NCBI GenBank assembly: GCA_913043225.1
Contig: CAJWLU010000001.1
Location: 32,001-96,000 of the forward strand
Source of the DNA: an uncultured Acidobacteriota bacterium
Lineage (GTDB): Bacteria > Acidobacteriota > Vicinamibacteria > Vicinamibacterales > UBA8438
Reading direction: 5' to 3'
Length of the DNA stretch: 64,000 nt
Below are positions 46,481 through 57,390 of the stretch, piece after piece (positions within the stretch are counted from its first letter, which is position 1; the number at the start of each line of letters is the position of its first letter). The notes below the pieces were generated by a model. That model worked only from the letters and a program-made list of their open reading frames with translations, searched no databases and had not been told where the DNA came from. A program made the position numbers and the translations under genes.

Positions 46481-47950
46481 ATGCACGCCACAGTTCGAGC
46501 ATCGGTCACAGTTGCCCTCGTGCTCCTCGGCTCGGCCTCCGGCCTCGCCCAGCCTGTCTCTGCGCTGATTGATGCGGCTCGACTCGATGACACCGAACGC
46601 CTGGAAGCGCTGCTGGCCATCGGCGCCGACCCGGACGCACGACAGGGCGATGGAGCGACCGCGCTCCACTGGGCGACGCACCGGAACAACCTCGCCGCCA
46701 TGCATGCGCTGCTCGATGCAAGCGCCTCGGTGAACATCGCCAACGACCTCGGCGCCACCCCGCTGTGGCTTGCGGCCGGGAACGGCAGCGCCGATGCTGT
46801 CGCGCATCTGCTCGACGCGGGCGCCGACCCCAACGTCACACTCAACATGGGTGAGACGCCTCTCATGGCGGCGGCGCGGGCCGGCGCGCCGGCGGCGGTC
46901 GACCGGCTGCTTCAGGCGGGCGTCGATCCGAACCTCGCGGAGCTCGAACGCGGTCAGACCGCGCTGATGTGGGCCGCCGCCCAGAGTCACGTGGGCATCG
47001 TGCGTCGCCTCGTCGACGCCGGGGCGGACCTACACGCGCGCAGCCGGGTATGGCATCAGCTCGAGAACACGGCGGGCAACACCAACCCCAGCGGCAACTT
47101 CAAGATGGCCCACGGAGGCTCGACGGCGCTGATCTTCGCCGCCCGAAACGGCGACGTGGACACGGCGCGCGCTCTCGTCAACGCCGGGGCCGACGTCAAT
47201 GACACTGCAGCCGCCGGTATGTCAGCGCTCGTAATCGCTGCCCACAGTGGGCACGGGGCGGTGGGCGTGTATCTGTTGGATTCGGGCGCAGATCCGAACC
47301 TCGACGAAGCCGGCTACACGGCGCTACACGCCGCGGTCCTGCGCGGCCAGACCTCGTTGGTGGGCGCGCTCCTCAAACACGGCGCCGACGCCGATGCGCT
47401 GGTCGAGCACGGCACACCGGGTCGACGATTCAGCGCCGACTTCAGCATCCGTCATCAGTATGTGGGAGCCAATGCCCTCTGGCTGGCGGCGCGCTACGGC
47501 GAACTGGAGAGCGCGCGCGAACTCGTCGCCGCCGGCGCCGACGCCTTCAACGTGCCCGGCATTGGGATGACCAGCGTGCAGGCCGCCATGGGTATGCCGG
47601 GCAACACGGCCGAGGACCGCCGCAACCAAGTGGACGTTCCGCCCGCCATGGACCTGGACGACGAAGAAGCGATGGTGGTACAGCTGACGACCTTGCTACT
47701 CGACCAGGGGGTCGACGTGAATCTTCCGGGCGGGAACGGCAACACGGCGCTCCACGACGCCGTTCGCCGAGGTTTTGGTGATGTGGTCCGACACCTGGTC
47801 GAGCGAGGCGCCGACGTCAACGCCCCAAACGGTCGTGATCAGACACCCCTGCACCTGGCCGAAACGCCGCAGACCATCCCCGGCACCAACGGGGCTCGCG
47901 GCACCCTGCCTGAGATCGCCGAGATTCTGCGCAGCCTAGGCGCAGAGTAG
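46481..47950 (+). CDS. Secreted ankyrin-repeat protein
   Basis: Signal peptide; repeated G.TALH/TPL..AA...L..GAD.N units. Confidence 0.93.
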   Translation: MHATVRASVTVALVLLGSASGLAQPVSALIDAARLDDTERLEALLAIGADPDARQGDGATALHWATHRNNLAAMHALLDASASVNIANDLGATPLWLAAGNGSADAVAHLLDAGADPNVTLNMGETPLMAAARAGAPAAVDRLLQAGVDPNLAELERGQTALMWAAAQSHVGIVRRLVDAGADLHARSRVWHQLENTAGNTNPSGNFKMAHGGSTALIFAARNGDVDTARALVNAGADVNDTAAAGMSALVIAAHSGHGAVGVYLLDSGADPNLDEAGYTALHAAVLRGQTSLVGALLKHGADADALVEHGTPGRRFSADFSIRHQYVGANALWLAARYGELESARELVAAGADAFNVPGIGMTSVQAAMGMPGNTAEDRRNQVDVPPAMDLDDEEAMVVQLTTLLLDQGVDVNLPGGNGNTALHDAVRRGFGDVVRHLVERGADVNAPNGRDQTPLHLAETPQTIPGTNGARGTLPEIAEILRSLGAE

Positions 47951-47962
47951 CGCCGTCAGACT

Positions 47963-50227
47963 CTACCGCAACAGGTCGAACAGATAGCTGTACTTGAGGG
48001 TCAGGGTGCGCCCGGCCCCTGGCGACAGAGTCGGGCCAATCCCCTGAATGTCGTTGTAGACGACGAACAGGCCGGTGTTGGCGTCTGACAGCAAGCCGAA
48101 CCGCAGATTCGACGACCAGAGATTCGCTCGATCGTTGTACTGGACCAGCGCCTGGAAGAACATCCGGGTAGTAAATGAATACGACGTCCGCAGCCGGAGC
48201 AAGTTGGTCACGAACTCGCCGCCAGGCAGCCGTAAGTCGTTGTAGCTCCAGGCGAAGCTCGCGTTGAAGGTTTCGCCCGCCCGCACCGTCACCTCGGGCT
48301 GGATTGTAGTGCGCTCTCCGCCAAAGAGACCCCCTTCGATCCACCGCAGCTCGCCGCTGACGGGCGCCCCCAGATTCGTGTTTCCGACGATCTGCGCCTC
48401 CTGGTGGTCGTAGACCCCGGGAGGAACAATCACTCCGGGGAAAATCTCGAACGCCTCGAAAATGCCCTCCCGGGTGATGTTCATCCCGGTGTGGATCTCG
48501 TACCCGTTCCGCCACTCGAGGTGATTGTCGATGTGGGTGAACTGGGTCTCGTGTAGTCCGGTGTCGTAGTTCCAGTAGGTGTTGTGGTACGTGTGTGGAC
48601 GAATCTCGTGCAAACCGAGGAAAGCGTCCGGACGAAATGTGGTGAAAACCGTGGCGTAGGCCCGACGATAACCCTCACGCGCCAGGAACCCCACCTCGGG
48701 ATTGAAGTCTGGCGCGACCTCGGTATAGATGAGCGACACCCGCGACCACGACGACTCGTGTTGCCCAGAGACCGAGTAGGCGTGGGTGTCTCCCCCTTCG
48801 GACCCGCCCGTGCGTGCCCCTGCGCCAGTGTCGGTCTGGGCCACAAACCCCGAGATCGTCCCCCCTTGTCCGATGCCCCATCGACCGTCGACCGCAAATG
48901 TCCGGTTGTAGTCAGCGTCCGTTGACAGGTCGCCCGCGGCTTGACGGTTCACCACAATCGCACCGACATTCGACCGATTCGCGAGATCCTGCCGGACGCG
49001 GGCCACCGTGAAGTTCTGCTGTGGCGACCCGGCGCTCGTCACCGAGTCCTGCTGCATGTTCAGGAACCCTATGTTGGTGTTCCGACCCACCTTGCCCGAG
49101 AGGCGTCCGCCACCCAGGATGGGGATTTGCGAGCCACCGGCACCCAACCCAATCCGACGGCTAAAGAAGATGTCTACGGCGCCCTGCTGTCCGACAGAAA
49201 ACAGCCCGGCATTCTCCAGAAAGAACGGCCGCTTCTCGGGAAAGAAGAGGTTGAACCGATCAAGGTTCACCTGCTGGTCGTCCACCTCCACCTGCGCAAA
49301 ATCAGTGTTGTAGGTGCCATCCAGTGTGAGGCTCGGGGTGACGCTGTACTTCAGATCGACACCGACATCACCGGTCGTGGTGTCGCTTCCGCCGGCGCTC
49401 CGGTGCACCGCCTTACCCAGCGCGTAGGGCATGAGCTGGAGGTTGCGCTGGGCCGGTACGGTCAGCCCCTGGAGCTCGCCGGCGAGCGAGATCCGGTTCA
49501 GGTTGAATTGGCGCGGGAGAGGGGCCCAGAACACCTGTTCGTTCTGGGCACGGATATTCCGCTGGAAGTTCATACCCCAGGTCTGATCGTCCGAGGACGG
49601 GTAGCGCAACGTGCGAAACGGGATAGCGATCTCGGCGGTCCAGCCCTGGTCGTTAACCTGGGTACTCACCTGCCAGACTCCGTCCCAGTTCAGGTTGAAG
49701 CCGCCCCCCGAGCCACGGCTGCCCTGCCCCTCGTTGGTGAGCTGCCCGTCGTACTCGACCCCAGCGGGATTGGTACCGAACACGAAACCGTTCAGACCGT
49801 CATGGTAGGTGTCGAGAATGATCCGAAAGCTATCGGTCTCGGTCAGGTCCGAGTCCCGGCGACTATCGGCGACAATAATCGACGCTGGATCGTCTGTGTA
49901 GCAGACTACCCCGAAGTACAGCGTGTCAGCCGTGTAGACGATGCGTACCTCGGTGCGCTCGGACGCCGGCAAGCCCTCGAATGGCCGGCTTTGAACGAAT
50001 CCAGTCGCCAACACCGCCGCATCGTAAGCGGGATCGCCGAGGATCTGACCGTCGATGATCGGCGCAGTGTCGACGGGAGTCGCCCGAACCAGCGGGACTC
50101 CGCCGGAGGTTAACTGCCCCTCGGTAGCGGACGAGGTTGGCACATTCACGCCCTGGGCCCAGACCGTAGCAGCCAAAGCCAGACAGAACGCGACGAACGG
50201 CAACGTAGCGAAGAAACGTGTCGGCAC
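47963..50227 (-). CDS. DUF5916 domain protein with N-terminal CBM9-like domain (outer membrane)
   Basis: NTDFAQVEVD, RFNLFFPEKRPFFLEN and FFSRRIG motifs; ends KYSYLFDLLR. Confidence 0.88.
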   Translation of the reverse strand: MPTRFFATLPFVAFCLALAATVWAQGVNVPTSSATEGQLTSGGVPLVRATPVDTAPIIDGQILGDPAYDAAVLATGFVQSRPFEGLPASERTEVRIVYTADTLYFGVVCYTDDPASIIVADSRRDSDLTETDSFRIILDTYHDGLNGFVFGTNPAGVEYDGQLTNEGQGSRGSGGGFNLNWDGVWQVSTQVNDQGWTAEIAIPFRTLRYPSSDDQTWGMNFQRNIRAQNEQVFWAPLPRQFNLNRISLAGELQGLTVPAQRNLQLMPYALGKAVHRSAGGSDTTTGDVGVDLKYSVTPSLTLDGTYNTDFAQVEVDDQQVNLDRFNLFFPEKRPFFLENAGLFSVGQQGAVDIFFSRRIGLGAGGSQIPILGGGRLSGKVGRNTNIGFLNMQQDSVTSAGSPQQNFTVARVRQDLANRSNVGAIVVNRQAAGDLSTDADYNRTFAVDGRWGIGQGGTISGFVAQTDTGAGARTGGSEGGDTHAYSVSGQHESSWSRVSLIYTEVAPDFNPEVGFLAREGYRRAYATVFTTFRPDAFLGLHEIRPHTYHNTYWNYDTGLHETQFTHIDNHLEWRNGYEIHTGMNITREGIFEAFEIFPGVIVPPGVYDHQEAQIVGNTNLGAPVSGELRWIEGGLFGGERTTIQPEVTVRAGETFNASFAWSYNDLRLPGGEFVTNLLRLRTSYSFTTRMFFQALVQYNDRANLWSSNLRFGLLSDANTGLFVVYNDIQGIGPTLSPGAGRTLTLKYSYLFDLLR

Positions 50228-50287
50228 TACTCGGTAAGAACGACGGCTTGCGACCAGACGTTACGAGCGTCCGACCTCCACCATCCG

Positions 50288-51991
50288 CTAGTCAGGTAGG
50301 GCGAAGACAAAGATTCCGTTTCCACCGACCGGACGCTTCGCCTCCGGGGTCAGATCGGCCGGCAGCATGCCTCCCCAGCTCGCGCCGCCCGCTCCGGTTG
50401 GCACCGCCAGATACTGCTTGCCGTCGACGGCGTAGGTAATCGGAAAGCCCTGGATCGACGTGGGCAGACGCGTCTCCCACAGCGTCTCGCCGGTCTCGGC
50501 GGAGAAGGCGTACATCTGCCGGTCCCAACTGCCCGCGAACGCGAGCCCACCGTCGGTAGTCAAGGCGGCACTGTTGATCGGCGTGCGAAATCGACGGCGC
50601 CACTGCACCTCTCCGGTCCGCATGTTCATCGCCAGAAACTCGCCCAGCTGCTCGTCGCTGTCGGGGTGGTGGTGGTTCGTTCGACGAACCGGACCAGTGC
50701 CTCCGCCGCCAGCGACCCGGTCTACCGGGCCGAAGATGGCTGTCTCGCAGTTGAGGTTGATCGGGATAAAGAAGGTCTCCATCTCCGGGTAGTAGGACAT
50801 GGCGCGCCAGCTCTTGAAGCCGGCAGTGCTCGGGCACCAGTAGATTTCCTCACCGATGACCGGAATGGTGCCGTTGCGGTAGGTCACCTCACCGGAGGTC
50901 TGATCGATGTCGGCCACCGTCTGGTAGCCCAGATCGTGGGCACTCCTGAACCGTCCGGTGTTGAGTCCCATCTCCCAGAGCACGCCGATCTTGCCCATGG
51001 TGAATACCGACCGGCGATCGTCATACTCGACGATGATCCGCTCAAAGACCTCGTCCATGTCCAGCGTCTCACCAGGCAAATGCTGGTAGTACCACTTCAT
51101 CTCGCCGGTATCGGGATCGAGCGCTAGGGTCGAGTTCGTGTAGAGGGCATCGCCATCGGTGCCGCGAACCGCGCGCGCCCAGGGCTTGGCCTGCGAGGTG
51201 CCGTGGAACAGCGTCCTGGTCACCGGGTCGTAGCTGCCCGGAATCCAGGAATCGCTGCCGGCTCTGAACATCGGCGGCAGGTCGCCCCAGGTGTCGCCAC
51301 CGCGCTGACCAGGTAGCGCAACAGTGGAGGTCCGCCACAGCTCCTCTCCGGTCGCCGCGTCGAGCCCGACGATGAAGCAACTCTCCTCCCGGTAGCGGCC
51401 GCAACCGGTTAACCCTGCTACGACTCGGCCGTCGGCGATGATCGACCCGCTAGAAAACTGATAGCCGACGTCCTGATTGATGTCCGAGTCCCAGACTTCC
51501 TCGCCGGTCCTGGCATCAATCGCAACGATATGGGCATCCGCGGTGTTGAGGTAGATCTTGTCCTCCCACATCGCGATGTTCCGGGTCATCCGCCCGGCTG
51601 GCGGCCCGCCGAAGCTGCTCCCGGGCGCCTCGGCGCCTCGCTCGTACTCCCAGATAAGCTCCCCAGTGACAGCGTCGAGCGCATGCACGATTTCGCCCGG
51701 ATTGGCGACGAACATCACGCCGTCCCTCACGAGCGGCGTCGTCTGCTGCGGGCCGGGCCTGAGCGCCCAGCTCCACTCGAGCCGCAGGTCACCCACATTG
51801 TCCGTGGTGATCTCGTCGAGCGGGCTGTGGGCCTGACCATTGAGCGTCCGGCGCCAGTTAAGCCAGTCCTCGGCCGGCGGATCTTGGAGAACGGCGTCGG
51901 TGACCGGCGTCCAGTTCTCGACCTGGGCAGCGGCGGGCGACACCAGGATGGTAAAGATGGCAAGGGTCGACACGGCGATACGGCTAGTCAT
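50288..51991 (-). CDS. PQQ-dependent dehydrogenase, alcohol DH-like
   Basis: WLNWRRT..GQAHSPL, QTTPLV.DGVM, WIPGSYDP and PITYAVDGKQY motifs; AGGAG SD. Confidence 0.88.
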   Translation of the reverse strand: MTSRIAVSTLAIFTILVSPAAAQVENWTPVTDAVLQDPPAEDWLNWRRTLNGQAHSPLDEITTDNVGDLRLEWSWALRPGPQQTTPLVRDGVMFVANPGEIVHALDAVTGELIWEYERGAEAPGSSFGGPPAGRMTRNIAMWEDKIYLNTADAHIVAIDARTGEEVWDSDINQDVGYQFSSGSIIADGRVVAGLTGCGRYREESCFIVGLDAATGEELWRTSTVALPGQRGGDTWGDLPPMFRAGSDSWIPGSYDPVTRTLFHGTSQAKPWARAVRGTDGDALYTNSTLALDPDTGEMKWYYQHLPGETLDMDEVFERIIVEYDDRRSVFTMGKIGVLWEMGLNTGRFRSAHDLGYQTVADIDQTSGEVTYRNGTIPVIGEEIYWCPSTAGFKSWRAMSYYPEMETFFIPINLNCETAIFGPVDRVAGGGGTGPVRRTNHHHPDSDEQLGEFLAMNMRTGEVQWRRRFRTPINSAALTTDGGLAFAGSWDRQMYAFSAETGETLWETRLPTSIQGFPITYAVDGKQYLAVPTGAGGASWGGMLPADLTPEAKRPVGGNGIFVFALPD

Positions 51992-52127
51992 CTGGTGCTC
52001 CTGCGACGTCATATGCGCGACAACTGTAGTTCAGCAATCGCCGGGACGCCAGTGTTCGGACGTTCGCGGTCCGGCTGGGGGGCTTGTCAGCAACCCGCCC
52101 TCGGCCTACCATCTCTTGGGATATTCC

Positions 52128-55100
52128 ATGCAGATGTGCCTACTTCGCTCGATGTGCATCGGGCTCGTGTTTGGCCTGCCCGCGCTCGCGCTGGCGCAGA
52201 CGGCCAACCGGGTCGAATTCAACAAGGACGTTCGGCCCATCCTGTCGGAGGGCTGTTTCAACTGCCACGGACCGAACGAGGCCTCCCGCCAGGCAGGGCT
52301 CCGGTTCGACGTGCCAGAGGGTCCGACGAGCGACCGAGGACGCTACGGCGGACCGGTAATCATTCCAGGCGACGCGGACGAGAGCCTGCTCCTCCACCGA
52401 GTCACCGAAGAGAACGAGCGAGCTCGGATGCCCCGAGGCCGCGCCGCCCTCCGTCCTGAACAGATCGACACGCTACGACGCTGGATCGACCAGGGCGCCG
52501 AGTACCAGGACCACTGGGCCTTCATTCCGCCCGAGCGCTCACCAGCACCGAGCGTGGGAGCCGCTGAATGGCCGCGCAACCCGATCGACCGGTTCATCCT
52601 GGCGAGACTCGAAGACGAGGGCCTCACCCCCTCAGACGAGGCCGACCGCGCCACGCTGCTCAGACGCGTGACGCTGGATCTGACCGGCGTACCGCCCACC
52701 CCGACCGAGCTGGCCGACTTCCTGAACGATGACTCCGCCGACGCCTACGAGTCGGTCGTCGACCGGCTACTGGCCTCACCCCGCTACGGGGAACGAATGG
52801 CCACCGAATGGCTGGATGCGTCCCGCTACGCTGACACCAACGGGTATCAGACCGACGGCGAACGGGATATGTGGCGATGGCGAGACTGGGTGATCGGCGC
52901 CTACAACGAGAACATGCCGTTCGATCAGTTCACGATCGAGCAGCTGGCCGGCGACATGCTGCCCGACGCCACCATCGACCAGCGGGTAGCGACCGCCTTC
53001 AACCGCAATCACAGCCTGAACAGTGAGGGCGGCATCGTTCCCGAGGAGTTCCTAGCCGAGTACGCGGTGGACCGGGTCTCGACCACCGGCACCGTCTGGA
53101 TGGGGCTAACGCTCGGGTGTGCCCGATGCCACGACCACAAGTTCGACCCAATCAGCCAGAAGGAGTTCTACGAGGTCCTGGCCAACTTCAACAACATCCC
53201 CGAGCGCGGCAAGGGCTTCAAGTACCAGAACTCGCCGCCGCTGGTCACCGCTCCAACCCACGAACAGCAGGCGGAGATCGACGTGCTCGACGATCAGCTC
53301 GCTGACGCGCGGTCCACCCTCGCGGCGCTCGACGACCAGGCGGCCACCGCCCAGGAAGCGTGGGAAGCCGCGCTGGCCGAGGCTGGTGGGGTCGACTGGA
53401 CTCTACGCGACGGCCTGGTCGTGCACCACGGGTTCGAAGGGGACGTTGCCGGTACCCAGACGACCGATCAGGTGCCCGCGATCCTCGAGGATGGCCTGCC
53501 GAGTTTCGTGGAGGGACGGCTTGGTCGAGCGCTAGCCTTCGACGGCGCCCGCTTCGTGAACGCCGGGCTCAGCCCTGACCTCACCTATACCGACGCCTTC
53601 AGCTTCGCGGCCTGGATCAAGCCGGACGCCGCCGACGGTGTGGTGCTCTCCCGCGCCGGTAGCGGCGATCAGGGGGAGGTCGGCTGGGGCCTTTACCTCG
53701 AAGAGGGCAAACTGCGGTTCAACATGTCCACCCGGGTGCTCGACGACGGCGTCGCCGCCGAAACCGTCGAGCCGGTACGGCTAGGCGAATGGCAACACGT
53801 CGTGGTGGCCTACGATGCTTCGCTGACGCCCGAGGGCGTCAGGATCTACATCGACGGACAGGTACAGGCGCAGACCGGGCTGAACGATCTGGTTGGGAAC
53901 CGACTGCGGGTCCGCGGATTCCCGCTGCGCATCGGTGCCAGCGGCTCGGACAAGCCGCGGTTCCGTGGCGTTATCGACGAGGTCCGCATCTATCGAGGCG
54001 CGCTGAGTCCGGCCGAAGCGGCGGTGGCGGCGGAGGTCACCTCCCTGAGTGCCATCGTCGCCATCCCGACCGCACAACGTTCCGAGGCTCAGGCCGACAA
54101 GCTCCGGATGGCCTTCCTGGACCAGTATGCGCCGGCCGAGATCCAGGACGCGATGCGCGAGGTTAGGAACCTTGAACGGCAGCGAAACGAGCTCTGGGCC
54201 AGCTTCCCCACCGTGATGGTGATGGAGGAGAACGCGGTCCGCACGCCCACCTACCTGCTCAACCGTGGCGCCTACGACCTGCCGGGTGAGGAAGTCTTCC
54301 CCGGCGTCCCGAGCGTACTGCCGCCACTGCCCGATGGCGCCGACGCCAACCGGCTGTCGTTCGCCCGCTGGCTGGTTGATCCGGCCCACCCGCTAACCGC
54401 CCGGGTCACCGTAAACCGGTTCTGGCAGATGTACTTCGGCAGCGGACTGGTCAAGACGGCCGAAAACTTTGGGACCCAGGGCGAGTATCCCAGTCATCCC
54501 GAGCTGCTCGACTGGCTGGCGACCCAGTTCGTCGACTCGGGCTGGAACGTGAAGTCGCTCCAGCGCGCCATCGTGACCAGCGCCGCCTACCGCCAGTCAT
54601 CGAAGATGAGCGCGGAGGAGTTCGAACGCGACCCCGAGAACCGTCTCGTATCCCGCGGCCCCAGACTGCGCCTTCAGGCTCAGATGATCCGGGACCAAGC
54701 GCTGGCCATCTCCGGCCTCCTGATGGAGCGGGTCGGCGGCCCTTCGGTGAAACCGTATCAGCCGGAGGGACTCTGGGCCGACATGGTCGAGGGCGGCTAC
54801 GGCGACTATGAGCTGTCTGAAGGCGACGACATCTACCGCCGGAGCCTCTACACCTTCTGGAAACGCACGCTCGGTCCTCCGACGATGATGACGTTCGATT
54901 CATCGACGCGCGAGACGTGTATCGTGCGCACCGGGCGCACGAACACGCCGCTCCAAGCGCTGAACCTGATGAACGACGTGACCTACGTGGAGGCGGCGCG
55001 GCGGCTGGCCGAACGGATAATGCTGGAGGGAGGCGACTCGCCCGAGGATCGGATCGCCTACGCGTACCTGCTGGCCACCGCCCACCGTCCGCCGGCGCGC

Positions 55101-55292
55101 GCCCACGAGATCCTCGTGGCCGGCTTCCAGGAGCATTTCGCCGAATATGCGGCGAACAGAGAGGCAGCCCTGGCGCTGGTGACGCAGGGAGAGTCGACGC
55201 GGAACGAGACACTCGATGTCGCGGAGCTAGCCTCCTACACGATGGTCGCCAACCTGATCCTGAACTTCGACGGCACGATCACAAAGGAATAG
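52128..55292 (+). CDS. Planctomycete cytochrome c / DUF1549 / LamG / DUF1553 protein
   Basis: CFNCH and CARCH heme motifs, WLDASRYADT, PSHPELLDWLA and TNTPLQAL; internal LamG-like domain; start uncertain. Confidence 0.9.
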   Translation: MQMCLLRSMCIGLVFGLPALALAQTANRVEFNKDVRPILSEGCFNCHGPNEASRQAGLRFDVPEGPTSDRGRYGGPVIIPGDADESLLLHRVTEENERARMPRGRAALRPEQIDTLRRWIDQGAEYQDHWAFIPPERSPAPSVGAAEWPRNPIDRFILARLEDEGLTPSDEADRATLLRRVTLDLTGVPPTPTELADFLNDDSADAYESVVDRLLASPRYGERMATEWLDASRYADTNGYQTDGERDMWRWRDWVIGAYNENMPFDQFTIEQLAGDMLPDATIDQRVATAFNRNHSLNSEGGIVPEEFLAEYAVDRVSTTGTVWMGLTLGCARCHDHKFDPISQKEFYEVLANFNNIPERGKGFKYQNSPPLVTAPTHEQQAEIDVLDDQLADARSTLAALDDQAATAQEAWEAALAEAGGVDWTLRDGLVVHHGFEGDVAGTQTTDQVPAILEDGLPSFVEGRLGRALAFDGARFVNAGLSPDLTYTDAFSFAAWIKPDAADGVVLSRAGSGDQGEVGWGLYLEEGKLRFNMSTRVLDDGVAAETVEPVRLGEWQHVVVAYDASLTPEGVRIYIDGQVQAQTGLNDLVGNRLRVRGFPLRIGASGSDKPRFRGVIDEVRIYRGALSPAEAAVAAEVTSLSAIVAIPTAQRSEAQADKLRMAFLDQYAPAEIQDAMREVRNLERQRNELWASFPTVMVMEENAVRTPTYLLNRGAYDLPGEEVFPGVPSVLPPLPDGADANRLSFARWLVDPAHPLTARVTVNRFWQMYFGSGLVKTAENFGTQGEYPSHPELLDWLATQFVDSGWNVKSLQRAIVTSAAYRQSSKMSAEEFERDPENRLVSRGPRLRLQAQMIRDQALAISGLLMERVGGPSVKPYQPEGLWADMVEGGYGDYELSEGDDIYRRSLYTFWKRTLGPPTMMTFDSSTRETCIVRTGRTNTPLQALNLMNDVTYVEAARRLAERIMLEGGDSPEDRIAYAYLLATAHRPPARAHEILVAGFQEHFAEYAANREAALALVTQGESTRNETLDVAELASYTMVANLILNFDGTITKE

Positions 55293-55295
55293 CTG

Positions 55296-56747
55296 ATGGA
55301 ATGGCCCTTTGAGCGCCTCCTGGCGCGTCGTCGTTTCCTCGAACTCGCGGGCACGGGTATCGGGTCAGCTGCGCTAGCGACCCTGTTCGGACAGGACCTG
55401 CTCGCGCGGCCGAGCGCACCGGCCGGCCTTGGCGCCTTGCCAGGCCTGCCGCACCATGCGCCCAAGGCGAAGCGGATCATCTATCTGTTCATGTCGGGCG
55501 CCCCGTCGCAACACGAGCTGTTTGACTACAAGCCGGCACTCACCGACATGGCGGGACAGGATCTGCCCCCGTCCGTTCGCGGCGACCAGCGCGTCACCGC
55601 CATGACCGCCGGACAGGACAGCTTTCCACTCGTGCCATCGAAGTTCCCGTTCGCCCGTCACGGACAGTCCGGGGCCTGGGTAAGCGAGCTGCTGCCCCAC
55701 ACGGCGAAGATCGCGGACGAGCTCTGCTTCATCAAGTCACTGCATACCGAGGCGATCAACCACGACCCCGGGATCACCTTTTTCCAGACCGGGGCACAAC
55801 TGGCCGGCCGACCGAGCATGGGGGCTTGGCTTTCCTACGGGCTCGGGTCGATGAACTCCGACCTGCCGACCTTCGTAGCCATTGTCTCGAAGGGCTCAGC
55901 CCAGACCGGGCAGCCGCTCTACGACCGATTGTGGGGCAGCGGATTCCTGCCGACGCGCTACCAAGGAGTGAAGTTCCTTTCGACGGGCGATCCGGTGCTG
56001 TATCTGTCCAACCCGCCCGGCGTCGACCAGGACACCAGACGCCGATTCCTGGATGACCTTGGCGCCCTCAACGAGTTAAAAGAAGAGGAGTTCGGCGATC
56101 CGGAGACAAGCACGCGCATCGCGCAATACGAGATGGCGTATCGGATGCAATCGTCGGTACCGGAGTTAACCGACCTGTCGGACGAACCGGACAGCACCTT
56201 CGAGCTCTACGGTGAAGACTCGCGGACGCCTGGGACCTTCGCTAGAAACTGCCTGCTCGCCCGTCGCTTGGCGGAGCGGGATGTACGCTTCGTGCAGTGT
56301 TTCCACCGCGGCTGGGACCAGCATACCCGCCTACCGCAAGGGATCTCCAGACAGGCCAAGGATGTCGACCAGGCGCAGGCAGCGCTCGTGATGGACCTCA
56401 AACAGCGCGGGCTACTGGACGACACCCTCGTGGTCTGGGGCGGCGAGTTCGGGCGGAGCGCCTATAGCCAGGGCATCATCACCGAAGAGACCTACGGCCG
56501 CGACCACCATCCGCGTGCATTCACCATCTGGATGGCCGGCGGAGGCGTGAAACCTGGTGTCACGCACGGAGAGACGGACGAGTTCTCTTACAACATCGTC
56601 CGGGACCCAGTGCACATCCACGACCTGCACGCAACGATGCTGCACCTGCTTGGTGTTGATCACACCAGGTTGACTTACCCGTTCCAGGGCCGGAATTTCC
56701 GGCTAACTGACGTTTCTGGCCGGGTAGTGCAGGACGTCCTGGCGTAA
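55296..56747 (+). CDS. DUF1501 (sulfatase-like) domain protein, Tat leader
   Basis: RRRFL leader; MSGAPSQ, AINHDP, GWDQH, GEFGR and GRDHHP motifs. Confidence 0.9.
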   Translation: MEWPFERLLARRRFLELAGTGIGSAALATLFGQDLLARPSAPAGLGALPGLPHHAPKAKRIIYLFMSGAPSQHELFDYKPALTDMAGQDLPPSVRGDQRVTAMTAGQDSFPLVPSKFPFARHGQSGAWVSELLPHTAKIADELCFIKSLHTEAINHDPGITFFQTGAQLAGRPSMGAWLSYGLGSMNSDLPTFVAIVSKGSAQTGQPLYDRLWGSGFLPTRYQGVKFLSTGDPVLYLSNPPGVDQDTRRRFLDDLGALNELKEEEFGDPETSTRIAQYEMAYRMQSSVPELTDLSDEPDSTFELYGEDSRTPGTFARNCLLARRLAERDVRFVQCFHRGWDQHTRLPQGISRQAKDVDQAQAALVMDLKQRGLLDDTLVVWGGEFGRSAYSQGIITEETYGRDHHPRAFTIWMAGGGVKPGVTHGETDEFSYNIVRDPVHIHDLHATMLHLLGVDHTRLTYPFQGRNFRLTDVSGRVVQDVLA

Positions 56748-56966
56748 CCTTCACTGCCCCCCTAGCCGCACGGACTCGCATACCGCGTCAGAGGTATGGC
56801 GTGAGCGGCCTGCACTCGGCAAGAGCGACTCGTCTTGGGCACGCCTGGAACTCCTCCAGGAATCGCATCGCCAACTCTGGCGGAGCGTCGGCACCTCCAC
56901 CAACCCATCCTCCTCGGTGCTTTCGTGAACCCTACGATCGCGGGACTGAACCGCCTCGGGCAGTAT

Positions 56967-57158
56967 TCAGGCCGCGCGATGCGCGATCCGCGAGGCGCAG
57001 GTGGACCCATTGCCTACGATCATCAACACACGCAGATACAGCCGGCGGTAACTCTCCGGCGAACACGGTCGTTCAACGGCCAACGCCTGGGCCACCGCAC
57101 GACGGAGGGCAGCGTCATCAATCTCAGCGATGCGGGTGAGAAACTCGTGCACGGTCAT
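56967..57158 (-). CDS. Small hypothetical protein (63 aa)
   Basis: Strong GGAGG SD shortly upstream of ATG 57158; amphipathic helical MTVHEFLTRIAEIDDAALRRAVAQAL. Confidence 0.5.
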   Translation of the reverse strand: MTVHEFLTRIAEIDDAALRRAVAQALAVERPCSPESYRRLYLRVLMIVGNGSTCASRIAHRAA

Positions 57159-57390
57159 AGCTTCCTCCGGTGGCGTAGGCCTCGTTCTTGTAGACCAGTA
57201 CCGGGCCCCGGATCTTCCCGGGACCTCCAGTGACAACGCAACCGTGTGACGGAACCGTCGCGGATGTATTGCGTGCAGGTGAAACGAGGTCGAGTGGGGC
57301 CGCGACTACCGCTGTCCGGCCGTAAGTTCCTCGGTCATGCGGGCGTCCAGGCCGCCAGCATCAGGACGACCCCTCCCGTTGACGCTCGCG

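Noticed and set aside
49210..49706. Near-identical nucleotide stretches shared with about 62790-63300
   Set aside because: Explained by conserved coding motifs in the two DUF5916 paralogs, not by a mobile element.
56760..56969. Possible TGA (selenocysteine) readthrough of the 63-aa ORF
   Set aside because: The downstream frame is not protein-like and there is no redox-motif context or recognisable SECIS.
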